From: a virus | Length of the DNA stretch: 43,294 bases | Virus record (IMG/VR): IMGVR_UViG_3300026223_000001 | Strand: one strand, 5' to 3' | Shown: piece after piece, positions 8,330 to 16,030 of the stretch | Numbering within the stretch: the first letter of the stretch is position 1 | How the letters are laid out: the number at the start of each line of letters is the position of its first letter | Notes under the pieces: generated by a model | Told to the model about the DNA's origin: nothing | The model's database searches: none | What the model saw: the letters and a program-made list of their open reading frames with translations, nothing else | Position numbers and translations under genes: made by a program

Positions 8330-9394
8330 TTATCTCCCGTATGCCTTGCTGACCATGACGCCCTTCTTGGCTCCGTGGAAATTGGGGCCGCCGGGTGCCG
8401 CGCCTGCTGCGCGTGCGAGGTTGCCGATTACACCGCCGGGCACGCCAGCAGCTTTCAGTTGCGCCGCGCGTCCGCCGTGGCCGAGCTTGTTCGACTTGCC
8501 CTTGAACGATCCGCTCGTCTTAACGGTCTTCTCGCCGCGCTTGGCTGCCATCTGCTGAACCGTGCTCAATGTCTGCGCTTGCACCTTGCCTACGGGCTGC
8601 GTGGTCTTGGAGGCGGCGGCCTGCGCTGTGTTCAGGTTGGTGCCGTCAGGCTGCGGGCCGTTTCGCGCTGCCCTCGTTGCGTAGAGCGCCTTCGCGGCCC
8701 TCTGCGCTGGCTGCATGTTGGGGTTCCATGTGTCACCGACGGAGTTGCCGAAAGCGTCAGAACTGGTGTTGACGCCTGGCGTATTGGGTGGCTGCGCCTT
8801 CTGTCGCGTTGCCGTAGCGGCTGTCGCCGCGTTCTGCCGCGCCGCCGCGTTCGCCGCGTTCGCGTTGCGCTGTACCGCGCCCTGCTGGCCCTTGTTGCGC
8901 GCCGCCGCCGTGGCATTCGCGTTGCGCTGAGCGTTAGCCGTGTTGGTGTTGCGCTGCTGGATGGCCGCGTTCTGCGTCTTCTGCAGTGCGTCCACGCGAG
9001 CGATGTTGGCTGTCTGCGCCGGTGTGCGGGTAACTGTCTTCGCGCCTGTAGCCGCCTTCACCTTGACGGTCTTCGCGCCCTTCTTGGCAGGGAACGGCTG
9101 GCCGCCGGGGCCTTCGGGCGGCATGTTCGACATTGCGCCCTGACCGGGCATCCCGCCCATCGGTGCCGCTGTGGGCCGCATGACGGGCAGCGCTGCCTTA
9201 GCGCGACGCAGACCCTTCTTGGCCGCCAGCACCGTCTCGCCGCCTCTGTGCGCGCCGCTGACCGTGACCGGCCGCATCCGTGTATGCGCCGGGACGCTCA
9301 CCTGCGAATAGTCGCGCTGTCCCAGGCTCGGCGTCTGGCCGGTGATCGCCTGCGCCCAGGCGTTGCCGCGTGCGTTGCCGCGTGCTGATGCCAT
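8330..9394 (-). CDS. Highly basic low-complexity virion protein candidate (354 aa)
   Basis: Ala/Asn/Gln/Lys/Thr-rich (…QRNTNTANAQRNANATAAARNKGQQGAVQRNANAANAAARQNAATAATATRQKAQ…). The antisense 337-aa ORF is an Arg/Cys-rich shadow. Confidence 0.6.
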   Translation of the reverse strand: MASARGNARGNAWAQAITGQTPSLGQRDYSQVSVPAHTRMRPVTVSGAHRGGETVLAAKKGLRRAKAALPVMRPTAAPMGGMPGQGAMSNMPPEGPGGQPFPAKKGAKTVKVKAATGAKTVTRTPAQTANIARVDALQKTQNAAIQQRNTNTANAQRNANATAAARNKGQQGAVQRNANAANAAARQNAATAATATRQKAQPPNTPGVNTSSDAFGNSVGDTWNPNMQPAQRAAKALYATRAARNGPQPDGTNLNTAQAAASKTTQPVGKVQAQTLSTVQQMAAKRGEKTVKTSGSFKGKSNKLGHGGRAAQLKAAGVPGGVIGNLARAAGAAPGGPNFHGAKKGVMVSKAYGR

Positions 9395-9405
9395 GATTGT
9401 TCTCC

Positions 9406-10251
9406 TTAGCCGTAAGCTGCCTGCCCAAATGTGGTGTTGGCCGACGTGGCTGTCGTGGCGATGCCGATCGACGTGCCATCTGCCGTGGCGATATTCATGC
9501 TTGAGTCGTCCAGCGCCACCGCTAGGGCGGTCATGGCGACAGTGACGGTCGTGGGGTTGGTGGCGACAGCGAAGGCCGCGAAGTCCACATCAGCGTTGAG
9601 AGCGTTCTTGACCGCCGTTGCAACCTGCGCTTCGGTTTGGTTCGTTGTCACGCCAACGGTGATCGCTTTGCCAGCGGCCAGTGCAGGCGAGTTGGCCGCC
9701 GTCACGGTCACCGTCATGTTGCCCGCGACGAGCACGCCGGGCGCTGTCTCATGAATGGTGGCCGTCTCGACTTGCAGAACGCCAGTGGAAAGCGAGAGCG
9801 TCGCACCCGCTGTAATCGGAACGTAGAGCGCGTTGCAGACGATCACGCCCGCCGTGGTGTCAGCAGTCGTGTGGAAGGTTTGGATGGATTCGTTAACCAG
9901 GAGCGGATCCGTGCCGTTGCTTGCGTCTACAAGCTTCAGAATCCCCGCCAATGCTCCTTGGCCCCCAGAGGACAATAGGTATTGTGGCGCAGTGGCCGCC
10001 GAGGCCGTGCCGACTATACCGCCGGTAGAACTGGCCGATCCGATCGTGATACTACCGCCGCCCAGCACCAGGCTCGTTGTCGCCTGAAACGACGTGAAGA
10101 GCAGCAACACGACGCCCCCCGGCGAAATCTGCCAGATGACCGGCCCAGCGCCAACTTTGCCCTTGCCGCCGGTGCCGTCGAAAGTGAACGTGCCTGTAGG
10201 CGCGTTGAAGATTTGTACGTTGTTGCTTGGGGCCTGAAGTATGTCAGCCAT
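9406..10251 (-). CDS. Structural protein (282 aa)
   Basis: Track ORF 9406..10458. Start moved to ATG 10251 (ATGA overlap with the upstream stop). MADILQAPSNNVQIFNAPTGTFTFDG..., Thr/Ala/Gly/Val-rich. Confidence 0.6.
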   Translation of the reverse strand: MADILQAPSNNVQIFNAPTGTFTFDGTGGKGKVGAGPVIWQISPGGVVLLLFTSFQATTSLVLGGGSITIGSASSTGGIVGTASAATAPQYLLSSGGQGALAGILKLVDASNGTDPLLVNESIQTFHTTADTTAGVIVCNALYVPITAGATLSLSTGVLQVETATIHETAPGVLVAGNMTVTVTAANSPALAAGKAITVGVTTNQTEAQVATAVKNALNADVDFAAFAVATNPTTVTVAMTALAVALDDSSMNIATADGTSIGIATTATSANTTFGQAAYG

Positions 10252-10562
10252 CAGTTGAAGTACATGATGTCGACCACGGCGTTCGACCCCGCTACCGCGT
10301 TGCAAAGCATGAGTTGCATCAGCACGCCCCGGAAGTCGCCCGAAGCGTCGGTGTAATTGACGAACCCCCCGGCGGCCAGCGTCACTCCTGACGTGCCCGC
10401 CACGGGTACGGTCGTTGCGCTTCCCAACCGGACGCCGAACGTCGTGATGGCGATGCATGCGTGCCGCGCCGCCGTCGGTACTGTCAGGCCTACGGCAGCA
10501 TCGGCGGCGAAAGTGATCTGCTGCATCCCGACGATATTGAATGCCGTTCCAGCGACGCTCAT
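10251..10562 (-). CDS. Small structural protein (103 aa)
   Basis: Track ORF 10251..10793. Start moved to ATG 10562 (ATGA overlap). MSVAGTAFNIVGMQQITFAADAAVG... Confidence 0.55.
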   Translation of the reverse strand: MSVAGTAFNIVGMQQITFAADAAVGLTVPTAARHACIAITTFGVRLGSATTVPVAGTSGVTLAAGGFVNYTDASGDFRGVLMQLMLCNAVAGSNAVVDIMYFN

Positions 10563-11290
10563 GGCTTTTTCGCCTCGGCCATTCTCGCCGCGATCATCGG
10601 CTGCAAGTGCGGAGCCAGCGACAGCGCCTCCTGCGCGTGGTAGTACATCATGTGCATGTCCAGCATCGCCTTTGTGCGTGTGGCTGGGTTCGAGACGGCG
10701 TAGGCGTCGTCCTGGATCACGGTGGGGTCGCCCGCGTCCGGACCGCCCTCGTTGTCGCCCACCATCGGTTCGTCGCGGAACACTTTGCGGCAACTCGGAA
10801 CTGGGCAGATACGGCGCAAACGCGCGGGCCGTGCCGTGCAGTCCGCCTCAATGCCGCAGTCCGTCGTCCCGCAGTCCGGGCAAGCGCTGAGATAACCATT
10901 TTTCCAGCACATCTCGACGTTGCCTTCGGGGACGGGCACGGGATCGTAGTTGCCCATCCGGTTGAGTTTGTACATGCGGACCAGCGGCGGCGCGGTGTAG
11001 GCCATGTTGCCCGACGCTTTGCCCTTCATGTCTTCGGGCACTTCCATGTCAGACTCGGTAACCGCCTTGCGCTGGCGTTCAGCTCGGAAGTGGTCGAGTT
11101 CGCTCATTATGCGCGTCGGGCGGTTAGGTTGGGTCGCCGTGCTCATCGAAGCGAGCACGGGCGGCGCGTTCGCGGCCGCGTCGGCGCGCCTACGCGCAGC
11201 CTCTTCGCGGCCCGCTTTGAGACGCGCGCCGACGGCTGCGCGTTCAGCGAGTTCGGTATCGGTTAATTGTGTCGCTTGTTCGGTGGTCAT
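10559..11290 (-). CDS. Hypothetical protein with a Cys-rich cluster (243 aa)
   Basis: Track ORF 10559..11311. Start at ATG 11290 (ATGA overlap). Contains CWKNGYLSACPDCGTTDCGIEADC...ICPVPSC. Confidence 0.55.
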   Translation of the reverse strand: MTTEQATQLTDTELAERAAVGARLKAGREEAARRRADAAANAPPVLASMSTATQPNRPTRIMSELDHFRAERQRKAVTESDMEVPEDMKGKASGNMAYTAPPLVRMYKLNRMGNYDPVPVPEGNVEMCWKNGYLSACPDCGTTDCGIEADCTARPARLRRICPVPSCRKVFRDEPMVGDNEGGPDAGDPTVIQDDAYAVSNPATRTKAMLDMHMMYYHAQEALSLAPHLQPMIAARMAEAKKP

Positions 11291-11712
11291 TCCGAGATGC
11301 CTCCCTGCCATTGAGTACGGTCACGGCTTTTTGTGACTGCCGTGCGCCGGTTCTGTTTGACTTTTCGTATGGTGTCTTCCGCGAGGTTGCGGAGGTTGTC
11401 GATCATGGTCTCTTGCTGCGGGAGCCCTCTAGCCTCCCGACTTGCCCGCCAGTCGCTATCTTTCTCGCGATCGAGCGCGGCCAGCGCACAGTCCTCAAGT
11501 TCAGCGGCGTCGGCGACACCAGCGCCATAGACCATGAGAATCGTGCGGTTGTCTGGGCCGACCAGGTACAGCGGCAGTTGCGGCTTGTAGGAGCGCCCGA
11601 ACGCCTCCGCGATCTTCGTAGGGTCGCCAACGCCGACGGCCTTGCCGCGCAAGGCACCGGGCGGCTGCATGTACGTCCCGATGGGGATGAGGAGTTCAGG
11701 GACGTAGGTCAC
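11287..11712 (-). CDS. Hypothetical protein (141 aa)
   Basis: Track ORF, coupled at both ends. Confidence 0.55.
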   Translation of the reverse strand: MTYVPELLIPIGTYMQPPGALRGKAVGVGDPTKIAEAFGRSYKPQLPLYLVGPDNRTILMVYGAGVADAAELEDCALAALDREKDSDWRASREARGLPQQETMIDNLRNLAEDTIRKVKQNRRTAVTKSRDRTQWQGGISE

Positions 11713-11894
11713 TTCGGCAGCATCCTTCCCGCGAACCGCAGGCGCTCCACGGCTAGCCGCGCCTCTCGCTTCTGGCGCGTTGTGCCGGCCTTGGCGACAA
11801 ACCGTATCTCTGCGGCGGCCAGCGCGGTGTCGTACAGTTCGTGTAGCCGCGCAGCCTCGTTCGGGACGACAGGCTTATCTACGGCAGGCGTCAT
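11709..11894 (-). CDS. Hypothetical protein (61 aa)
   Basis: Track ORF with ATGA overlaps at both ends. Confidence 0.45.
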   Translation of the reverse strand: MTPAVDKPVVPNEAARLHELYDTALAAAEIRFVAKAGTTRQKREARLAVERLRFAGRMLPK

Positions 11895-12076
11895 CGGCTA
11901 ACCTTTACCGGCTGACGAAAAGCCACGATCGAAGCTGCTATCACCAACAACCAATCACGTGAGAAGCGAGCGAAGTCCGTTTTGGCGAGAAATACTCGCG
12001 CGAAAAACGTCGGTCTGTCGCGCGTCGCGGGCGTGTCCAAACACACCTCGAAGCAATTGTCTCGCTCGAAAATCAT
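11891..12076 (-). CDS. Hypothetical protein (61 aa)
   Basis: Track ORF with ATGA overlaps at both ends. Confidence 0.4.
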   Translation of the reverse strand: MIFERDNCFEVCLDTPATRDRPTFFARVFLAKTDFARFSRDWLLVIAASIVAFRQPVKVSR

Positions 12077-12462
12077 CTTTTGCCTCGTCTCTTCTGGGAA
12101 TGGACGATGGGCGTGGCCGCTCCCTCAGATGGCTTCTTGTAGACCGCGAGACCCGCCGGGGTCATAAAGTTACCAGGCAGCGCACCGAAGAGGCCGTCCT
12201 TGATCTTCTCCAGCTTGTGATCCGGGCAGGTGACTCGCCCGAGTTCGTCCTGTAGCCAATGGTCGGCGTAAGCGCAGATATGCACCTCGTAGCCCCTGCG
12301 CCCCAAGACCTGCCCGAAACCTCGCTCGTAGTAGTGCGTCAGATGGCAGCACGGGCACGTCTCGGGCGTTACTGAGTCGAGGTAATGCCCGCGCACACCG
12401 ACGCCAACGCCCTCTTTGAGGTCGCCCGTCTGAACGAGGTTCGGGTTAAAGCCGTCGCTCAT
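12073..12462 (-). CDS. Hypothetical Cys/His-rich protein (129 aa)
   Basis: Track ORF. Contains ETCPCCHLTHYYERG...HICAYADH...VTCPDH. Confidence 0.5.
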   Translation of the reverse strand: MSDGFNPNLVQTGDLKEGVGVGVRGHYLDSVTPETCPCCHLTHYYERGFGQVLGRRGYEVHICAYADHWLQDELGRVTCPDHKLEKIKDGLFGALPGNFMTPAGLAVYKKPSEGAATPIVHSQKRRGKR

Positions 12463-13242
12463 CTACGAAAACGTCTCTGTGTCGCGTGGCTGAGTAGGTG
12501 TAAATGGCGGCGTCTGTGTGAACGGCGCGGGCTTCGTCGTTGTCGTCCCTGTCGTCCCTGTCGTCGTTGTGATCCTCTCAGACTTTGGCGTGGTCTTCTC
12601 TGGCTTCGGCGTAGTCGAAAGCGCCGCTACCAGCTTGGCGTCGAGTGCGGCACGCTCGTCATTCGTGATGACCCCATCGGCATGAACGATTCTCGAAGGA
12701 GTGGAGCCGCTCGCGTTGCCGGTTGCCTCATAGCCCTGCGGGAAAATCGGATGCACGTTGTGACCGGCGAGATTCGCCACCGCCGTGCGCTGCGCCTCAA
12801 TCTTCGCGTCGTCATTCGTCCCGACGGCGCTATCTGTGTCCTTGAGCGCCTGGGCGAAGGCAGGACTCGCATTCGCGTCAACGGCTTCCTCTGCGGCCAC
12901 TGAAGCCGTGGTGGGGATGCCGTCTGTGAGTCTGCTTGTTGACGTGGGATCTGGGTCCGTACTGAACGCTGGATCATGCTCATGGCCGGACACACCAGTA
13001 AAAGTGCCCGATGTGTCTGCCGGAGTCTGAGTTGGCGTTGAGTTCGCCACCCATGTGCCCGTTGCCGGATCGAGGTGGTAACCATCTCTGCGGGTATTGG
13101 GGTCGTTCACTGCGCCCGTCTCATGGCCGGTTACGCCGGTAAAACTCGGCGATATGACATTTGAGACATCGCTTGTCGGGTTACTTGGCGTTGGCGCTTG
13201 GTTTGCCAGATCGTTCTCTTTGTCGAAAGACGGTATAGGCAT
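12463..13242 (-). CDS. Acidic protein with duplicated FTGV(T/S)GHE motif and Thr/Pro-rich tail (259 aa)
   Basis: Track ORF 12463..13455. Start moved to ATG 13242 (MPIPSFDKEND...), downstream of a GC hairpin and a purine-rich stretch. C-terminus ...TTTTGTTGTTTTKPAPFTQTPPFTPTQP. Confidence 0.5.
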   Translation of the reverse strand: MPIPSFDKENDLANQAPTPSNPTSDVSNVISPSFTGVTGHETGAVNDPNTRRDGYHLDPATGTWVANSTPTQTPADTSGTFTGVSGHEHDPAFSTDPDPTSTSRLTDGIPTTASVAAEEAVDANASPAFAQALKDTDSAVGTNDDAKIEAQRTAVANLAGHNVHPIFPQGYEATGNASGSTPSRIVHADGVITNDERAALDAKLVAALSTTPKPEKTTPKSERITTTTGTTGTTTTKPAPFTQTPPFTPTQPRDTETFS

Positions 13243-13268
13243 TTTCTTGTTCTCTCTTTCCCCATCCC

Positions 13269-13298
13269 GGCGGCGGCGAGACGACGCCCGCCGCCGCC
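13269..13298 (-). terminator. Perfect 10-bp GC hairpin between capsid-associated genes (U-tract-less terminator or RNA stabiliser candidate)
   Basis: GGCGGCGGCG-agacgacgcc-CGCCGCCGCC lies in the 62-nt gap after the 245-aa gene. Confidence 0.4.
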
Positions 13299-13306
13299 CA
13301 AGATGA

Positions 13307-14044
13307 CTAGTCGATTCCTGCCAGCCGAACTTCGGCCCACGTACCGCCGATGCGGACAGCCTGACCAACCGTTTCCTGCGCGATGAGGGTAGACGCAGCA
13401 CCCGCCGGCCCCAGTGCCCCTGCACCGATCGAGGTGACAGCTGCGTTGCCGACAACGAGCGTGCCCGAGGCCAGCACCAAAGCCAGGCCGCCTGTCTGCA
13501 CCCAGCCCATACCGCCCGTCGCCACCATTACGGACACACAGACGCCCGCAATCCCCGCCGTCTGTGGCGCGGCGCAGACAATGATGTTCCTGTACGGGTT
13601 CTGAATCAGTGTCACCCGCGAGGATGTCGTCAGCGCCGCCTGCCGGATCGCCTGACCTTGCGCCAGGTTGTAGGCGTTCGCACCAGTCGTAGCTGCGGCG
13701 TGGTTGTCGATGACGTACAGACCTTCGCCCGGAGTTACGTCTACGCAGAAGTAGCCCTCGGCGTATTGGTTGGCTACAACTGAAGTGCCGACAGTGACGG
13801 TTGGCGCGCGTCCGCCGAGCGGCGTAGCGATCGCCGTGCGACCAATGTCATTGGTGATGCCGATGGCTCCCTGATAGAGAGTGCCGACGACGGTGACGCC
13901 CGCGACGCCATTTGAGGCGAAGCGGTACTTGCGGCCATCCTGAGTGAAGCCGGTCGCGCCGAACGGCCAACGCTTGTCCGTCGTGGCGTAGACGTTGTGC
14001 TGCTCCCCGTCCGGGATGTAGATGTTAAACGGACTGTAGACCAT
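13307..14044 (-). CDS. Capsid-associated structural protein (245 aa; decoration/cement candidate)
   Basis: Track ORF directly downstream of the major capsid gene. Gly/Ala/Thr/Val-rich beta-type sequence. Confidence 0.5.
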   Translation of the reverse strand: MVYSPFNIYIPDGEQHNVYATTDKRWPFGATGFTQDGRKYRFASNGVAGVTVVGTLYQGAIGITNDIGRTAIATPLGGRAPTVTVGTSVVANQYAEGYFCVDVTPGEGLYVIDNHAAATTGANAYNLAQGQAIRQAALTTSSRVTLIQNPYRNIIVCAAPQTAGIAGVCVSVMVATGGMGWVQTGGLALVLASGTLVVGNAAVTSIGAGALGPAGAASTLIAQETVGQAVRIGGTWAEVRLAGID

Positions 14045-14110
14045 TTCTATTCTCCTACTCTCTGTCCGATCCGGTCTGGATCGAGGTCGTTATGAGGGAT
14101 TCCTCCCGGA

Positions 14111-15091
14111 TTAGCTTGTTGCCAGTGATGCGTCGAAGGTTGTCGGGATGCCGTAAGCGGCTGCGCGCCACACCCCCCAGGCGTAGGAGCCCCACATGCC
14201 GTACACCTTCGCGCCACGCAACGCCTTCGACAGAATCTCGTCAACGTAGGGCTGCGGCTCGACCTCGGACACGTACAGCAGCCCCTTGCGGGAGAACGCT
14301 GCGCCCGTGGCGTTGGACGAGGTGACGGTGATGTTGGCGTCCATGCGGACGTCCATCCCCGCCAACGTGTAGCCGATCTGCTCGATGCCCTTGGTGATGA
14401 CGTCGTAGCCGATTGAACCGGGCTCGTCACCGCCGCCCACGCCACGGGTCGTGCCAACGTGAACGCCGCCCGTAGCGCCGTAGGACGTGCTAGCGCCACC
14501 TGGCGTCAAGGCATACGGAACGAGACGACCAAACAACGGCACTGCGGACTGCGGGTGGATCACCCAGAACCACGGCTTCGGCGCGGGCTCGGGGAAGGCG
14601 GTGTTGTTGCCGACGTGCAGACCGGAAGCCGCCGCTGCGCCGTAACCAGGCGAGCAGACAGCGGTGCCGCCGAGCGCGGACGTGGTGAAGGATGCGAACT
14701 GAGCGCAGCCGTCAGCGTCTTCCTTAAGGTCGTAGGCGTTGTTCAGAATCATCGCCGTGTTCTTCTCCAGCGAAACGTCGGCGGACCGGCGAATCGTGGA
14801 ACCAGCGAGAATGACCTTGCCCTCGACCTCGCCGGGGGTGTACGCGGTCAGCGCGTCAGAGAGCACCTGGGCCGCTGTCTCAGCGCCGTCAGAGACGGAC
14901 TGCATGAGAACGCGACCGTAGTTGACCTTAAGAAACGCGGTGCCGGTGTGTTCTTTAAGTGTCGCCATATCAGCGCAGTCCCGGACGACGCCGGTCTCAT
15001 CGCGCAGAGTGGCGAACTCGCTAATGACTGTGTTCAGGCTGTTGTCGAGCGCCTGATTCGTCCCGGCCAGGGTGATTCCGGGTACTGGCAT
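14111..15091 (-). CDS. Major capsid protein candidate (326 aa)
   Basis: Directly follows the scaffold-like gene. Size, composition and position are typical of an HK97-fold capsid protein. No database confirmation. Confidence 0.6.
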   Translation of the reverse strand: MPVPGITLAGTNQALDNSLNTVISEFATLRDETGVVRDCADMATLKEHTGTAFLKVNYGRVLMQSVSDGAETAAQVLSDALTAYTPGEVEGKVILAGSTIRRSADVSLEKNTAMILNNAYDLKEDADGCAQFASFTTSALGGTAVCSPGYGAAAASGLHVGNNTAFPEPAPKPWFWVIHPQSAVPLFGRLVPYALTPGGASTSYGATGGVHVGTTRGVGGGDEPGSIGYDVITKGIEQIGYTLAGMDVRMDANITVTSSNATGAAFSRKGLLYVSEVEPQPYVDEILSKALRGAKVYGMWGSYAWGVWRAAAYGIPTTFDASLATS

Positions 15092-15103
15092 GGTAGTGCT
15101 CCT

Positions 15104-15925
15104 CTATATGCGGCGCTGTGCGGGCTCGAAAGACTTTCGGAGCCTCTTGAATTCCGCCATCGTGCCGGTAAATGCCTTGGTGGCAAAGGCCGTTTCGAGT
15201 TCGGCCAGTGATGTATAGCGCGAGCCCGCGCCATTCGATGGAACGCGGTCCTCGGGTCCGCCGGCGGCACGCATCCGTGCTCCAGCGTCGCCCGCCTTCA
15301 GCGCTTCCAGTTCTTCTTTCGCCGTGCGGAGTTGCTCGGCCAGCGGGGCCGTAGCGCGCTGCGCCGCCACATGAGACTCAGCGGTCAGCATCTCCTCAAA
15401 CGAAGGACGGTCGCGGCCATCGTCGGTAGCCCACGAAAGCGCCGCCTGATACGCAAGGCTCTCTTCGGCGTCCGTGATCGCTAGGCGCGTCTTGTGAGCC
15501 ATGTGCGTGGCCATGTTGGCCGCGATAAGCCGCTCGTTGGCGATGGCGTTGGCGTCTACCGGCGCAGGGTTATTGATCCTGTCCAGTTCCGCCCTGACGA
15601 GTGCGTCGGCTTTCTCCGGGTCTTCAGCGGCAGCGGCGTATTGCGCCCGCCGCGCGTCGTGCTCGGTTTGAGCGCGCGCAGCAGCGGTGTCCGCCGCGTA
15701 CCGGTCACGCTCTTCCCGCGTTCGCTGAAGCGCCCTGTCCTTGGCTGCTGAACCCCGCCGCTCGGCTTCGAGAAGCGCATTACGTTCCACCAGAGCGGCG
15801 TCGCGTACGGCGATCTCAGCCTGTAGGGATTCGAGGGTTACTTCTGGTGTAGGTTCACCCGCAGGCGTGGTGCCGTCCGTTACCGGCGCAACCTCCGCGA
15901 CCTGTGGTGCCGCCTCTTGTACCAT
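15104..15925 (-). CDS. Scaffolding protein candidate (273 aa)
   Basis: Ala/Glu/Arg-rich predicted coiled coil immediately upstream of the capsid gene. GAGGAGG precedes the start. Confidence 0.55.
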   Translation of the reverse strand: MVQEAAPQVAEVAPVTDGTTPAGEPTPEVTLESLQAEIAVRDAALVERNALLEAERRGSAAKDRALQRTREERDRYAADTAAARAQTEHDARRAQYAAAAEDPEKADALVRAELDRINNPAPVDANAIANERLIAANMATHMAHKTRLAITDAEESLAYQAALSWATDDGRDRPSFEEMLTAESHVAAQRATAPLAEQLRTAKEELEALKAGDAGARMRAAGGPEDRVPSNGAGSRYTSLAELETAFATKAFTGTMAEFKRLRKSFEPAQRRI

Positions 15926-15943
15926 TGGGCCTCCTCTATCTGG

Positions 15944-15991
15944 GAGGCCCCGGCCAGCGGAGGTGAGGTTCCCCTGACCGGGGCCTCACCT
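15944..15991 (-). promoter_or_regulatory. Two mutually exclusive GC-rich hairpins in the leader of the scaffold/capsid genes
   Basis: GAGGCCCCGG (15944-53) pairs with CCGGGGCCTC (15978-87). AGGTGAGG (15961-68) pairs with CCTCACCT (15984-91). The 3' arms overlap. A further 7-bp hairpin CTATTGC/GCAATAG lies at ~16007-16030. Confidence 0.45.
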
Positions 15992-16030
15992 GTGGATTAT
16001 TGTGCGCTATTGCTTATGCGCTTGCAATAG

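Noticed and set aside
8375-9388. Long plus-strand ORFs antisense to minus-strand genes. This one, and also for example 533..1048, 10541..11266, 24586..25842, 28311..28970, 30672..31703, 36043..36687, 36703..37419, 38480..39274 and 39462..40094.
   Set aside because: They are Arg/Cys/Gly/Pro-rich, lack RBS and neighbour coupling, and lie opposite ORFs with recognisable motifs or operon context. These are typical shadow ORFs of a high-GC genome.
8330-11712. Tail-assembly-chaperone style programmed -1 frameshift.
   Set aside because: No tape-measure context and no convincing slippery heptamer with a downstream overlapping ORF pair were found.
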